This document shows positions 24,487 to 37,053 of a stretch of DNA of 64,000 nucleotides, one piece after another. The notes beneath the pieces are model-generated. The model was not told where the DNA came from. It worked only from the letters and a program-made list of their open reading frames with translations, and ran no database searches. Origin of the DNA: Chrysomallon squamiferum (Eukaryota; Animalia; Mollusca); contig CM022667.1 of the NCBI GenBank assembly GCA_012295275.1, positions 4,278,001 through 4,342,000 on the forward strand, in the 5' to 3' direction. Both the position numbers and the translations under genes were made by a program. Position 1 is the first letter of the stretch, and every line of letters begins with the position of its first letter.

Positions 24487-25365
24487 GGTGTATGTCTGAT
24501 TACATATGCCATGCTAGAAACAACATTGAAAAAGCTGTGGACATGATCATAGACACAGAGACGAGTGACGTACGTGTGGCCCTGGTTGAATATTGTTATC
24601 ACCCATCACAGGACTCCACCTTTGTCACAAAATCACACGACTTCACGAGAAACATCTCTGAAATGAAACAGTGGTTGGAGAATGGCACTACAAAACGTTG
24701 TGGCAATAACCTGGAAGCTCTAACAGACAGCCTTCACAAGCTCAATGAAATGAATTGGCGTCCTGATGCAAAGAAGATAGCAATTTTATTATTAGATGTC
24801 CCACCCCACGCTCTGGACAAACAGATTTATGGGTTTCCAGAAGGCCTGGATCCTCTCCAGCTAGTAAGAGATCTTGCCAAGAAAGAGATAACTCTGTTTG
24901 TTGTTGGGTGCGAACCGTCACTGAAACCATGCAGAAATTTCTTCATGGGTTTGGCGTACATCAACGGGGGTCAGTATCTACGCCTGTATGGGTATGAGGA
25001 GTTGACACATATTATTAGGGGAGGGGTTCAAGAAGAGCTGTCTTTAGGGCGGCTGATGAATATGATCAATCGAGAGGTGGAGAATGACGTCCGAGATGAA
25101 GAAGGTTGCGACATTGAAGATTTAGCTAAGAAGATCCATTTCAAACTGTCACGCAAAGGTTACAAGGTGAAGAAGCTGACCAGGAATGGACGTGGTGTGT
25201 GTCAGATCAGTGAGAAAGCAAAAACTTATTCAAAAATGAATACAATGTCCGAGGTCTCAAGAGTTGATGAAGATGATGATGATGTTTATGTCTGTATAGA
25301 GCAGTTTCTAGATCTCGAACAAGTGAAGAGAATGGTGAACAAATCAGTTGCCAGAAAATATCCAG
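24487..25365 (+). CDS. vWA domain 4 main exon, close paralog of domain 3
   Basis: Acceptor ttacag| at 24486 and uninterrupted frame; MIDAS reads DCTGCM; donor cca g|gtattt at 25365. Confidence 0.85.
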
Positions 25366-25971
25366 GTATTTATAATTTTTTTTTTTTTGGTTCTTATTTT
25401 CTTTCTTTTTCTGTCATAATTTACATTTACATACTTTTTAAAAAATGTAATCATTTGTTTGTTTATTTATTTTACAGTTGTTTTCATTTTTATATTTCTA
25501 ATAGAACTTTCAGCTTCATTAACAAAACAAAAACAGTTACGCATGCTCGTATGCACATAGAGAATTAGACACGTTTTTACACTGAGAGGTGGTCCTAAAC
25601 CATCTCTTAATAAGGTTACGGACAAAAACAAAAATAATAATAATAGAAAAAAATATATAATACATAAAACAAGTAGCCAACATTATGACCATATCGCTTT
25701 TTGTTCATTGTTCAGTATTTACTAATGTTCTCTGAGATCACACACACACGCACAGACTCACAAACAGAGAGAGACGCATGATGTTGATTTTCTTTTTATT
25801 ATAAATATTGTTGTTGTTGTGATTATTGTTGCTGTTGTTTGCCTTCTTCTTGTTCATTAATATTATTATTATTATTAAGATTATTATTATTATTGTTATA
25901 ATTACATGATTATTATTCTTATTATTATTGTCATAATTGCATGATTATTATTCTTCTTATTATTATTTCAG

Positions 25972-26129
25972 AGGAAGGAACAACTTATAAAGATACTGAT
26001 CAGTCCAGTGAGACTACAACAGGATATAATGAAACAGACTCTTCTGTTCAGGAAATGTCTTTTGTACAATTCATTTATAATATTTTTTGCAGACTGGTTT
26101 TTTTTTTAGAACATAATATATGTGACTGA
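25972..26129 (+). CDS. Terminal exon after vWA domain 4 (EGTTYKDTDQSSETTTG...FIYNIFCRLVFFLEHNICD*)
   Basis: tttcag| acceptor, phase 1 matches the donor at 25365; paralogous relic at 19545. Confidence 0.65.
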
Positions 26130-28118
26130 TCAGAGGCTATTTCAGTGAAAACTTCACGTTCACAGTAATACCTGTAAACAAGTGTTATCAGCAATGCTGT
26201 TCTTTCTTTACACAGATGATTGTTCAGCTCTGATTATTCTACAGTGAAAATTAGTAATGACACAGGCATTAGCTGTTTTCCCTATTACCTATTCAGTGGC
26301 TTATTGACAATTTTCTGGAGCTAAATAATAAAAAGATAAAACAACTCATAATGGACTATCAAAGCAAAATTTCGAGATTCATTTCAGTCCTCATAAATGG
26401 AGATGAAGTAGAAAAGGTTAATGAATACAAATAAAGTGAACTGATGATGAACTCCCTTTCTCAAAAAAAAAAAAAAATAATAATAATAAAATAAAATAAA
26501 ATAAAATAAAATAAAATAATAATAATAAAATTCATTCAAATACATTTTTTTTTTTTTCGGTTTCTTTTAGTATTTTTTCCCTTGAAGATACTTTCACATA
26601 CATAAACTTCACACACATACACACACAGACACCCTGACATACACATACACACATACACGCATACAACATTCACACACATAGATACAAACGTGTGCTTTTT
26701 GGGTGTGTTTTTTTTAATGTACAGTATATATCATTCAACTCTGTTTTTAACATTCACTTGTACATGTTTCATATAGTTTGCTCGTTTATTTTTAAAAAAT
26801 TCACCCATACTGAATATATTCAAGTTAGTTTTTAATAATTTTAACATCACTACTAACTGATTAGTTTATTTCATTTTTTTTTACTTTTTATGTGAGTAAA
26901 GCTGTGTATGGGTCATAACTTAGCATGTTTCCATCATTCATGCGGATGTTGAAATGTGTGAAATGTTAACAAAATCAGAGATGATCACCAGAGAGCTTTA
27001 GCTCAGATGTCACGGAATGACTCAAATGTATTTAATAAATTTCTTTTAATTTTTATAATTACAACCTAGTTTAGAGTAATATTATACATTTGTAACTATA
27101 TATATATGTATATACATAGATAGCTAGATTTATCTTTTTATAATTATTTTTGTGTTGAGTTACTGTTTGGTTTTGCTTTTTTTAAATAATAAAAAACATA
27201 ATTTATAATTTATGTTGTTTGTTTATTTAAATCTTTAAAAGAACATTAAGCCAGTTACAGTTAAACGGGTCACAGTTGTGACAACATGATGTTCATAATG
27301 AATAATATGTAATAATAATAAATATGTAAATTGTAAATCTAAAACTGGGAATAAATAAATAAATAATAATATTAAAAAGAAAATTATAAAATAAATAAAT
27401 AAATAATAAAATTCAAAAATAAAAAAATAAATAAATAAATAAATAAAAAAAAAAAGAAACAAACAAAACCTTTTTATTTACATCATCAAAACCATTATTA
27501 TCATTATCATTATTGTTGTTGTTCTTGTTTATTTATTTATTGATTCACATCCATATTGGTAAGACTGACAGAAAAATATCTTGTTTACGAGTTCATAACA
27601 TAACATAACTAACTATTCTGATTTAAAAAATATGACTATCTGGAGAATAAGTTAGAATATTACAGTTTAATTGTCTTATAACATCTTTAATTTTTCTTTT
27701 TTAAAGGGTTTTTTCCATGTTTTTTTTTTCATGGAAGCAGATATATTGTGATCTTAATTTCTCCTAGTTTTAACACAGATAACTGAACCCTTCACATGTC
27801 AAATGCATTTCATAAATTTTATTTTTTTCTGATTAGATTTATGTATTTCTTCTTATTCTTCTTCTTTTTTTTCTTTTTTTTATACAATTAGCGAATGGTA
27901 TTTTTCCTTACTTTTCTTCCCTGATATTTATTTATTTATTTATGTATTTCTTCTTCTTCTTCTTCTTCTTCTTATTATTATTATTATTATCATTATTATT
28001 ATTATTGATATTGTTATTATTGGTATTCAGAATATCCATAGTTAATAATCTGAAAAGATGTTCAGAGAAAGAAAGGCTTGCAAAATTGTACTAAAGACTG
28101 AGTATTCAGAAATTATAA

Positions 28119-28154
<36 letters not shown>

Positions 28155-28328
28155 TAAAAATAATAAATAAATAAAACAACTTGACAACAAATCATTTATA
28201 TCACTTTGTTACCATCACAAGAAAAATATGTACAGATATAATATATGAACAGATATTTAAAAATAAAATAAATTATATTCTCTCTGTGTAGAGCACGCAG
28301 TGACCTAATTAAGTACCGCACGCCACAG

Positions 28329-29408
28329 TCACATTAACGAAGTTTCGAATTCCTTTTTCCACTGTTTGGACACTTGATAAATATTGTAACATCCGCAGCA
28401 GAAAAGATAGCGCAGTGTTTTCCTGAAGTAAGGACTGATAATACAGTAGAGAATAAAATTGAGAGAAAAATTCAGCGACTGGAGGAAATTCATCACAGCT
28501 TCGATTGTCATGTGCGAGTAGGTGCTGTTGCTGTTCGACATCTGCGCAGCCGTAATGACGATTTCCGACGGCGCCACGAAGATGAAAAACATCACGACTA
28601 TCACGACGAGCGTTATTGTCAGGACGTTGCCCGAACTCTTGGCGTTGTGGTCGCCTTTGCGGCGGTCGTGCTTGAACTGCTGTCTCATTTTGTACGAGCG
28701 GTAGATCTGCTGGCACAAGCAGACGTTGAACCAGAACAGCAGCACGAGGGGAATGAAGTTGCCTAGCAACGCCCACGCTATCCGATAGGCCATGTCGACG
28801 TTCTGGCTGTTCCACATCGGGACGGGAAACGGCATCACATTTTGAACGGAGCTGTTGGAGCTGCACAGGTAGTGCACCTCGTACCGCCACAGCACTGGAA
28901 TGTTGAACGTGATGGAGAAGACGTAGGTGATGATAATCACGATCTTTATTCGCCGCGTCGTCAGGTACAGGTCCTGCCTCAGCGGGTAGCAGATGGCCAG
29001 ATACCTCTCCAGCGACATGGCCACCGTGAGCCACGTGCTGCACATGATGAACACGTTGATGATGGCGGCGCTGTAGATTCGGTACTGAAGAATGAACGAC
29101 TCGCGGGTGTAGGTGTCGTCCCGGGGCAGGAACGTCGTCGGGAAGGCAATGACGCAGAACATGAGGTCGGACACGGCGAGCGCCACGAGGCAGTAGTTGG
29201 CGGCCATTTCCAGAGTTTTGAAAGACTTCTGCAGCTTCCTCCGAGTCAGGATCGTCAGGTTGAGGATGTTGCCTATCATTCCAAACAGACAGACGCTGGG
29301 CAGAGCGAAGCCGTAGATGATGTAGCTGACGTCTTCAAACATCTGCTTGGCTCTCTCGCTGCCCAGGCCGGATATGTTTCCATCTTGAGATGCGTTCCGA
29401 CAACTCAT
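28329..29408 (-). CDS. Class A peptide GPCR, FMRFamide/myosuppressin/sex-peptide receptor-like, 359 aa, single coding exon
   Basis: Seven hydrophobic segments with GNILN (TM1), LAVSD (TM2), SLERY (TM3), FNIP (TM4), FIP (TM5), FFIFVAP (TM6) and NFSLNFILY (TM7). N-terminal NAS/NIS sequons and a C-tail CCGC. An acceptor ttattgcag lies 4 nt before ATG 29408, so the ORF's first 9 codons are probably intron/UTR. Confidence 0.93.
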   Translation of the reverse strand: MSCRNASQDGNISGLGSERAKQMFEDVSYIIYGFALPSVCLFGMIGNILNLTILTRRKLQKSFKTLEMAANYCLVALAVSDLMFCVIAFPTTFLPRDDTYTRESFILQYRIYSAAIINVFIMCSTWLTVAMSLERYLAICYPLRQDLYLTTRRIKIVIIITYVFSITFNIPVLWRYEVHYLCSSNSSVQNVMPFPVPMWNSQNVDMAYRIAWALLGNFIPLVLLFWFNVCLCQQIYRSYKMRQQFKHDRRKGDHNAKSSGNVLTITLVVIVVMFFIFVAPSEIVITAAQMSNSNSTYSHMTIEAVMNFLQSLNFSLNFILYCIISPYFRKTLRYLFCCGCYNIYQVSKQWKKEFETSLM

Positions 29409-29595
29409 CGTGCTGCAATAACAAGAGAAGAACATCAGATGATATTAATGTTTTATAATTAAAAGGAACAAGCACACGGACACACGCACATACGCACACA
29501 TACACGTGTGTCATAGCTGAAACGAACAAATGCTTTAGGAGTGTTTTCGTCTTCTTTACTTTTTTTGTTGGTCATTAATTAATTAATATTATTAT

Positions 29596-29659
<64 letters not shown>

Positions 29660-29899
29660 ATTATTATTATTATTATTTGCTATTCGGTATAAAAAAGGAA
29701 ATATGGACCTCTGGTTATTTTATTATAATACTTTACTATTATAAAAATATTGCAGTTTTTAGTCGAGAAAGAAATATTAATAAGTAAATAAATAAATAAA
29801 TAAATATGGATAGTGCATAATTTCTGTATAGGACACGTTATTTAATGTGTTGATCCTTACAGCAGTTCTAATAATACAGTTACCAGTACAAGATTAACG

Positions 29900-29954
<55 letters not shown>

Positions 29955-30799
29955 GGTGGGTAAATCAGACTAGCGAAATAAATTAGAACAGAATAAGTAC
30001 AGAGAGATGTAAAGGAAAAAGAAATTACTTCGTAAAAATTGTGGTTACGCGCCACTGAAAAATCAGTGGGTATGGAAAAGAAAAAGATTAATTTTTATTA
30101 AAAAGAAAGCAACAGATATTATCTGCCAAAATTATACATGAATTTCTGTTCTGATCAACTTCTTCTGATAAAACTAAATTAATTTAAAAAATCGTTTCTC
30201 GAACTATTGACGTTATCCGACTCACACACAAAAACAAATACATACACTGGCACATAAACACAAAAGTATAAACACAATTTGTTATTTTGTTCTTGATGAA
30301 GAAAAATGTAAATATGCTGCAAAGGGTGGGGTGTTGTTTCAACAATAGATGTTTGTAATGTATCCTCAGAAAATATCTTTCTTTAAGGTTCGCTTCTAGC
30401 AAAACAAAATGTGATAATAAAAAAAATAAAAAAAATTTTTTTTTTTTTTTAAACCAAACAAAAAATAAAAAAATAAAAAATAGAGGAATAAAATATAAAT
30501 AAATTAAATCTGTTGTTACGGTAATTAACGATTATCGTACAAGACTGGTAGCATGAGATACGCAGCGGAATATTTATTGGTGTTCTGTCATGTGCGTTCG
30601 AGTTAATTTCGAAAACGTGTTTATTTTCACAAGTTTCATTGAGCTGTCCCATTTAGAAACCATCATTGTATGCCGTCTCCAGGATTCTGAGGAACGAAAA
30701 AAGTAAGCTGAATTATTTTTAGTTGTTTAGTTAAATTAATTACTGAATTCTTTTCCATATTATTTGCCCATTCGGCCTGTTTATGCGTCCCTTCCAAAG

Positions 30800-30881
30800 T
30801 TGTGTCTGCAATTTAGCGAAATAGACTGAACAACCCTGTAATAGCTTCGGGCAGACGTAAATTTTGTTCATTATTTCTGCA
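30800..30881 (+). repeat. Dispersed repeat fragment; second copy at about 34253-34335
   Basis: ttgtgtctgcaatttagc.aaat.gactg.acaaccc...aatagct...ggcagac.taa...ttcattatttctgca is present twice. Confidence 0.75.
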
Positions 30882-31611
30882 TTAAGAAATGCTCGGGGCA
30901 AATTGCATGGCTGCCCTGCATATTAGCAATTATTATAATTTCATTATATTTCTATATTTATTTAATTAAATGACGAAAATATTATTAATTTTATAATTTT
31001 AAGAATGCAAGCTAAATTAAGTACACAGCCAAGATAAACCACGTGGACGCAATTTTTGTTTCAGTTTATAAACTGAATGTTGCATTATTATGATTGTAAT
31101 TCTTTATCTAACCATTTATAACACTATTATTATTTATTTTATTTTATTTTTGACATGCTGTTAGATATTTTTGTCTTTTTATCTACTTCCTTTTCAAATT
31201 ATTATTAACTAAAAGGCAGTAGTTGTTGTAATACGTGTAACAGTAGAAATAATAATATTTTTGTGATACAGACAGAGGGTAGTGATACTTTTCAGAAATG
31301 TTCTGCATCATCAAATCGTATTCATAACCACTTGCTTTATAATGGTCTATACAGACACGGTCTAAAAAAAACTATTCTACCGATTCCTAAACCTCCAAAG
31401 ACTGAGTCCACGATGATCAAGTGAAAACTTTTGTTAAAAATATTGTTAAAATGTATATTTTAAAGATGAACCGAATTAATATTTAATTTAATAAATTTAT
31501 TCAATTAATATTTCATCCATCGTTCTCATAACCAAAAAAAAAAAAAAAAAAAAATGTAAATTTTACTTTAAAACTTTTGGAACTATTTATTTTATTTTTA
31601 TTATTGTTATA

Positions 31612-31740
31612 CAGTGGTACCTTGACTTACGAGTTTAATTCGTTCCGTGACCGAGTTCATATTTCAGTTTTCTCGTATATCAAATCAATTTTCCTAACTG
31701 AAATTAATTGAAAAACCATTAATCCGTTCCATCCCCCAAA
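31612..31740 (+). mobile_element. 5' end of a Tigger/pogo-like (Tc1/mariner) non-autonomous element
   Basis: TA followed by CAGTGGTACCTTGACTTACGAGTTTAATTCGTTCCG, matching my recollection of Tigger-type termini; no matching 3' TIR found. Confidence 0.7.
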
Positions 31741-32377
31741 ACCTAACGTTTTTAAATAAGAAAAATGTATTTATAAATGACAAATACTGTACAAAAACAA
31801 TATAAAAGAGAATGTAAAGAAATAAATTGGTTTTGTAAAGTATATTTTTCTTGGAGATCAGACAAATTATTTTAACTCTTTTGGCTGGAGTTGCAGCTTT
31901 ATTGACTCCTCCTGCTTCAGTATGGTACATATTCTAGAAGTGATACACTTGTACTGCCTAGCCAATACCAAACAGTTCACAGATTTTGCACACTGATTTA
32001 TATTTTTTTAAATTATTATATTCAATATTTAATCATCCTTTTCTTCACTGAGTGAAAATTCTGGGAATTTGGGGCAGGCGGGTGGCATATTTTCGCTGCA
32101 AGACAGTTAAAAAAAATAATCTCTATAAATGTCCAAAAACAAACCACAAGATACAGATCTGCACTGCACAGCTAGAAATGCTGTATAAAATTGGTGAGAA
32201 GTTAAAGCATAGCAGTCAGTCAACATGACAATGCATGATAATGGGACTGTTGCAGAGTACAGGAATTTGCTCAGTTTGTCCCAAGTTTTTCTGCTGTCCA
32301 GGTCTCAGAATGTTAATAATGTTGTTCTTGTTGTAATTATTTTGAAGTGATCTAGTATTTTATGATAAAATGAATTT

Positions 32378-32411
<34 letters not shown>

Positions 32412-32446
32412 CATTACAGAGTATATTGTAAGAAGAAATGATACTA

Positions 32447-32517
<71 letters not shown>

Positions 32518-33125
32518 TAAACAAAAGAACAACACAAAAAAATTTAAAATATATTTTAAAATAAATAGCAATAAACAAACTAATAAATATTTAGATAAAT
32601 AAAGATGAGTTTTTTTTCTTTTTCTATTTAAATTAAAAGGCGCAAGAATCAATATAAGAAATGTTCATATTGCAACAGTTGTTTAAATGTCAGCTGTGAA
32701 GCTCAGATTTGCATGTAGATGAAAGGCAAGTTACACTGCAGTAATACATCATATGTATATGTAAAATCAGAAAACTGAACATTGCATTCTAAACTGCCTG
32801 TTATTTTGTTACAACATATAAAACCACACGCACATACACACTAATGTAATAATGACAGTTAACATTGATAATTAAACAATTCCATTAATACATCATCATT
32901 TGTCTTTTTTTATCAACACCCCCCCCACAGACAGGCATTATCCCTCTCTCCACACACATAGATGCATATAACAACTTATGATTGTTAATTGTTATGAATT
33001 AATATTTAATTTAATGTATTGATTCATTTAATATTTCATCCATCATTCTCATAACCAAAAAAAAAAAAAATGTATATTTTACTTTAAAACTTTTGGAACT
33101 ATTTAATTTTTTTATTATTATTATA

Positions 33126-33250
33126 TAGTGGTACCTTGACTTACGAGTTTAATTTGTTAAGTGACCGAGCTCGTATCTCAGTTTTCTCGTATATCAAACC
33201 AGTTTTCCCAACTGAAATTAATTGAAATACCATTAATCCATTCCATCCCC
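33126..33250 (+). mobile_element. Second copy of the Tigger-like end, duplicated together with its 5' flank
   Basis: 33027-33250 is colinear with 31505-31740, including about 100 bp of flank before the element. Confidence 0.7.
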
Positions 33251-33252
33251 CA

Positions 33253-33290
<38 letters not shown>

Positions 33291-33875
33291 CATTAACAAT
33301 ACTGTTACTGTTAATATATCCACATTACATTCACACTTTACTTGCTTTTGTCTTCATCTTTTATCAACACATAATGTCTGATGTCTAAATACTGCGAAAA
33401 TCTTAAATTTTTAGTTCAATAAAATATTTTCACAGCTGGCAAATGAATAGCTTTACAGGTGGATTCACATGTGTAGCAGTTTATTAAACTTTGATACACA
33501 CACTCAAACAATTCAAACTAGAGGAAAAATCAACATCTTACGATATTTTAATTACCTGAATGTTAATCCATTTTACTTTTGTGTTCAGATTAAAGATTGA
33601 AAACCCAAGTTCTGTTATAGCTGATGTTTTGTTTTTCAATTTTTATTTCATAGTAACTCATTTCAGTACTTTTTGACTGAAAACATTTGTTTTTTCTTAA
33701 ATTGTTATTGTTATTCTAGAATTCTATTTGCTCTTAACATTTTATTCATTTGTTTAATTTGTTACTGTTACCTATATAACTCATCCTATAATTTTTTAAC
33801 AAATGACATTTAAAAAGAGAAAAAATTGTTCTTGTTACCTATATAACTCATTCTGTAAATGTTTTTGTTAAAATA

Positions 33876-33912
<37 letters not shown>

Positions 33913-34550
33913 GAAGTGTTTCTGTTGCCTACATAACCTGTTCTATAAATGCTTTTTTTAAAAATAATAAAACTGCTTTTTTAAAAATTGTTTTTACAGC
34001 CTAAAACATTTTTTGAAATTGTTTTTATAGCCACAAACTTGTTTTAGAGTTTTTTTTTTTTGTAACCTAAAACCCATGGAATTGTTTTTATTGATTAAGA
34101 ATATATTCAAAAATATTATTAATGCAACACTATTTTTAGAACTGATATTCAGTTAACCAAATTATGTTTTCTTACATGGCATTCTGCTGTGTATTATCTG
34201 CCACGTCTGCATACTTATACATCTCTTCCAAAGTTCAATCAAGTATAATTTTTTGTGTCTGCAATTTAGCAAAATGGACTGGACAACCCCTTTAATAGCT
34301 CCAGGCAGACATAACTTCTATTCATTATTTCTGCAGCCTATAACTCATTTCTGTATTGTTATCTCCAAAAACTAAATTTAGAACTAATAAATCCATGCTA
34401 ATAGATTATTTATAAATTATTATTAAATGCTGGTTAAATAAATGTTTAAAAATTATTATTTAACTAGTAATAAATCCAAATTGTAATGAAACAAAACCTC
34501 CAGCATTACTGAACATAACTGAAATAGAGAACATTTTACAGGCAATACAA

Positions 34551-34587
<37 letters not shown>

Positions 34588-36937
34588 CCCAGTAATATCA
34601 AAAATGTGAAAAACACTGTGGGTGGGTGGAACAGGAAATGAGTGAATTTTAACAGCTCTCTGATCCTTTTAACACCACAGATAATCTGTTTGAAGAATGA
34701 TTAGTTTATGAAGGTAAGACGTTTTAAGAGAGTTCGCTGCAGTTTTGAGCTGTTTTAATGCCAAACTCTGAAATTTGATAAAATATCTTGAGGTGAAAAC
34801 AGTGTTAAGGAGCTCTCGGATTAGATTGTTTCACTATGAATGGCAAGTAGCGCTATAAATCAATTAGTGAAATTGAAGTGGACTATTTTTTGTATCAGAT
34901 TTTTTAATTTTTAAATATTTTCTACCAAAAAATCAGTTACAACATTTTTCTCATCATAATGGTTATCTTTTTATTATATTTCTCTCTTCTTCTTTTTTTT
35001 TTCTTAATCATGATTTCTATTTAGTTTATTATTATTATTATTATTATTAAATTATTTAAATTATTATTATCATCATCAAAATTATTTGTCCATTATTTCA
35101 TGCACATGAGTCACTACATCATTCTCCCCAACCAGCATACATCTTTCATCCATCATAATTCATAAAGTTTAAGAACAAAATATTACTATATCCATTTTTC
35201 ATCAATTCCTTCATCTGTTCATCCATCCATCCATCCATTCATAATTAATTTTTTTGTACAAAATAAATAAGCAATCACCATATAAAGTAATATTTTCTTT
35301 CTGCATGTATTTGTTAATTCATTCATCCATCTATCTATCCATCTAATTCATCCATCCATCCATTCATAATTCATCTGGTTGAATTAAATAAGATATTGCA
35401 ATATATAGAGTCATTATTTTGTCTCCATTTGTATCTACCCACTTCTCCATCTATCCAGCTATCAATCGATCTATCCTCAATCCATTCATATTTCATTCAG
35501 TTGTAGAAAACTAAGTTGTTACTGATCAGAATGTCATTACTGTTTTATTCACCAGCAGAACAGAAACAGGAAGAAAAAAACACCAGAACTCGGAACCTCT
35601 TGACTATAAAATTATAACATTACTAGAAAAAACAACAACAAAAACAACAAACAAAAAAAACTCCATTCTCTTAAAAATAATCACATAAATCTTGTAAATA
35701 TTTGCCAAGTTTTAAATGGCTTATGTTTTGCTCTTGAAAATAAAATCAAATCTTTATCACTTGATTCATTAATGGCCAACCCCCTTAAAAAAGACAAGAA
35801 GAAAAAAAACCCATGCAAAACAGAGAAGGAAAAATTAAAATGTAGAGAAAAACTGAAAGAAAGATACAAAATTGAATAATGAAACAAATATTTTGAGAGC
35901 ATCGTAAATTTGCTGTCATTTCTGCTAAATCTGATTTCTGCAAACTTCTTATTGATGTTATAATAACCACAGCAACAATAATAACTAATAAATAACAACA
36001 TAAATAACAGTAATAGTAGTAGTAATAATAATAATAATAATAAAAATATAGTTATAATGACAAGAATAACAACATTAATAATAAAAGTAACAATAATAAT
36101 AGCAATAAAATAATAAAAATATAGTAATAATGACAATAACAATAATGATAAATATTTCAGTATTTCACAGTTTATACTGTTAAAAGTGTACAAATCAGCA
36201 CAAACAGCCTCTGTGTTTTACAAATGTTTGATTACACTGTACAGAAAGCTGTTAGTTAAACAATGTAATAAAGATAGCATATCACAGCTACTGGTTTATT
36301 ACTGCCATTATTCAACATTCGGTAGATACTTTAATTAAATGATCATTTTTTTTTATTTCAAAGTGTGCTGTATTATAAATTAAATATTTCAAGTCTAATT
36401 TTTTGTCTCAAAGTATGCTTTATTTCCTAACTGATTTTTAATTCTTTTAAATTAGATATTTTATGATTATTTATTACATAATTTCCTGTATTCCATATGT
36501 GATTAGTATCTCACAGTATATTGTATCATAAAAGGGATATTTCATGATATAAATTTTTTCATTAGAAATTTCATTACTCTTATGGTTATCTCAAAATTTT
36601 CTCTGTTCTGTATGGGATTTGTACATCACAGGAGATTTTATCTTAAAAGGCATATTTCATGATATGCATTTTTTTCATGAAATATTTCATGATTACTGTT
36701 ATTTTTATCTTACTGTATTTTAAATGGGATACTTCACAAAGTATTTTTATGCATAGACTGTTTAACTGGAGTATTTTACTGAAACAATCTTCTGGTGATC
36801 GTTGCCTATTGATTTTCTGTCGCTTTAATTTCAAACTGCGAGCTGATGTACCTTTTTATCCTCATTGTTTCAGCAATGGTTTGAGTGCCTGAAACTTCCC
36901 AACTTTGTCGGTTTTGCTCTGCTTCACTGCAGACACA

Positions 36938-37053
36938 AGAAGAAGACGAAGACTGTAGTCTGGTTGTCAGAATTCTCAACTACAGTTTAACAGAAGAAGA
37001 AGAAGACTGTAGTCCTTTGGTCAGAATTCTCAACTACAGTTTTTCAGAAGAAG
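36938..37053. repeat. Two tandem ~53-bp units, each with an internal 8-bp inverted repeat
   Basis: gaagACTGTAGTc...gtcagaattctcaACTACAGTtt occurs twice. Confidence 0.8.

Noticed and set aside
28329-29408. Horizontal transfer or retrocopy origin of the GC-rich GPCR
   Set aside because: Typical metazoan receptor with a 5' UTR acceptor; no poly(A) remnant or TSD; single coding exons are common in this family.
28309-29462. Overlapping ORFs 28309-29043 (-), 28374-28766 (+) and 28842-29462 (+)
   Set aside because: Expected from the high GC3 of the GPCR; no recognisable motifs.
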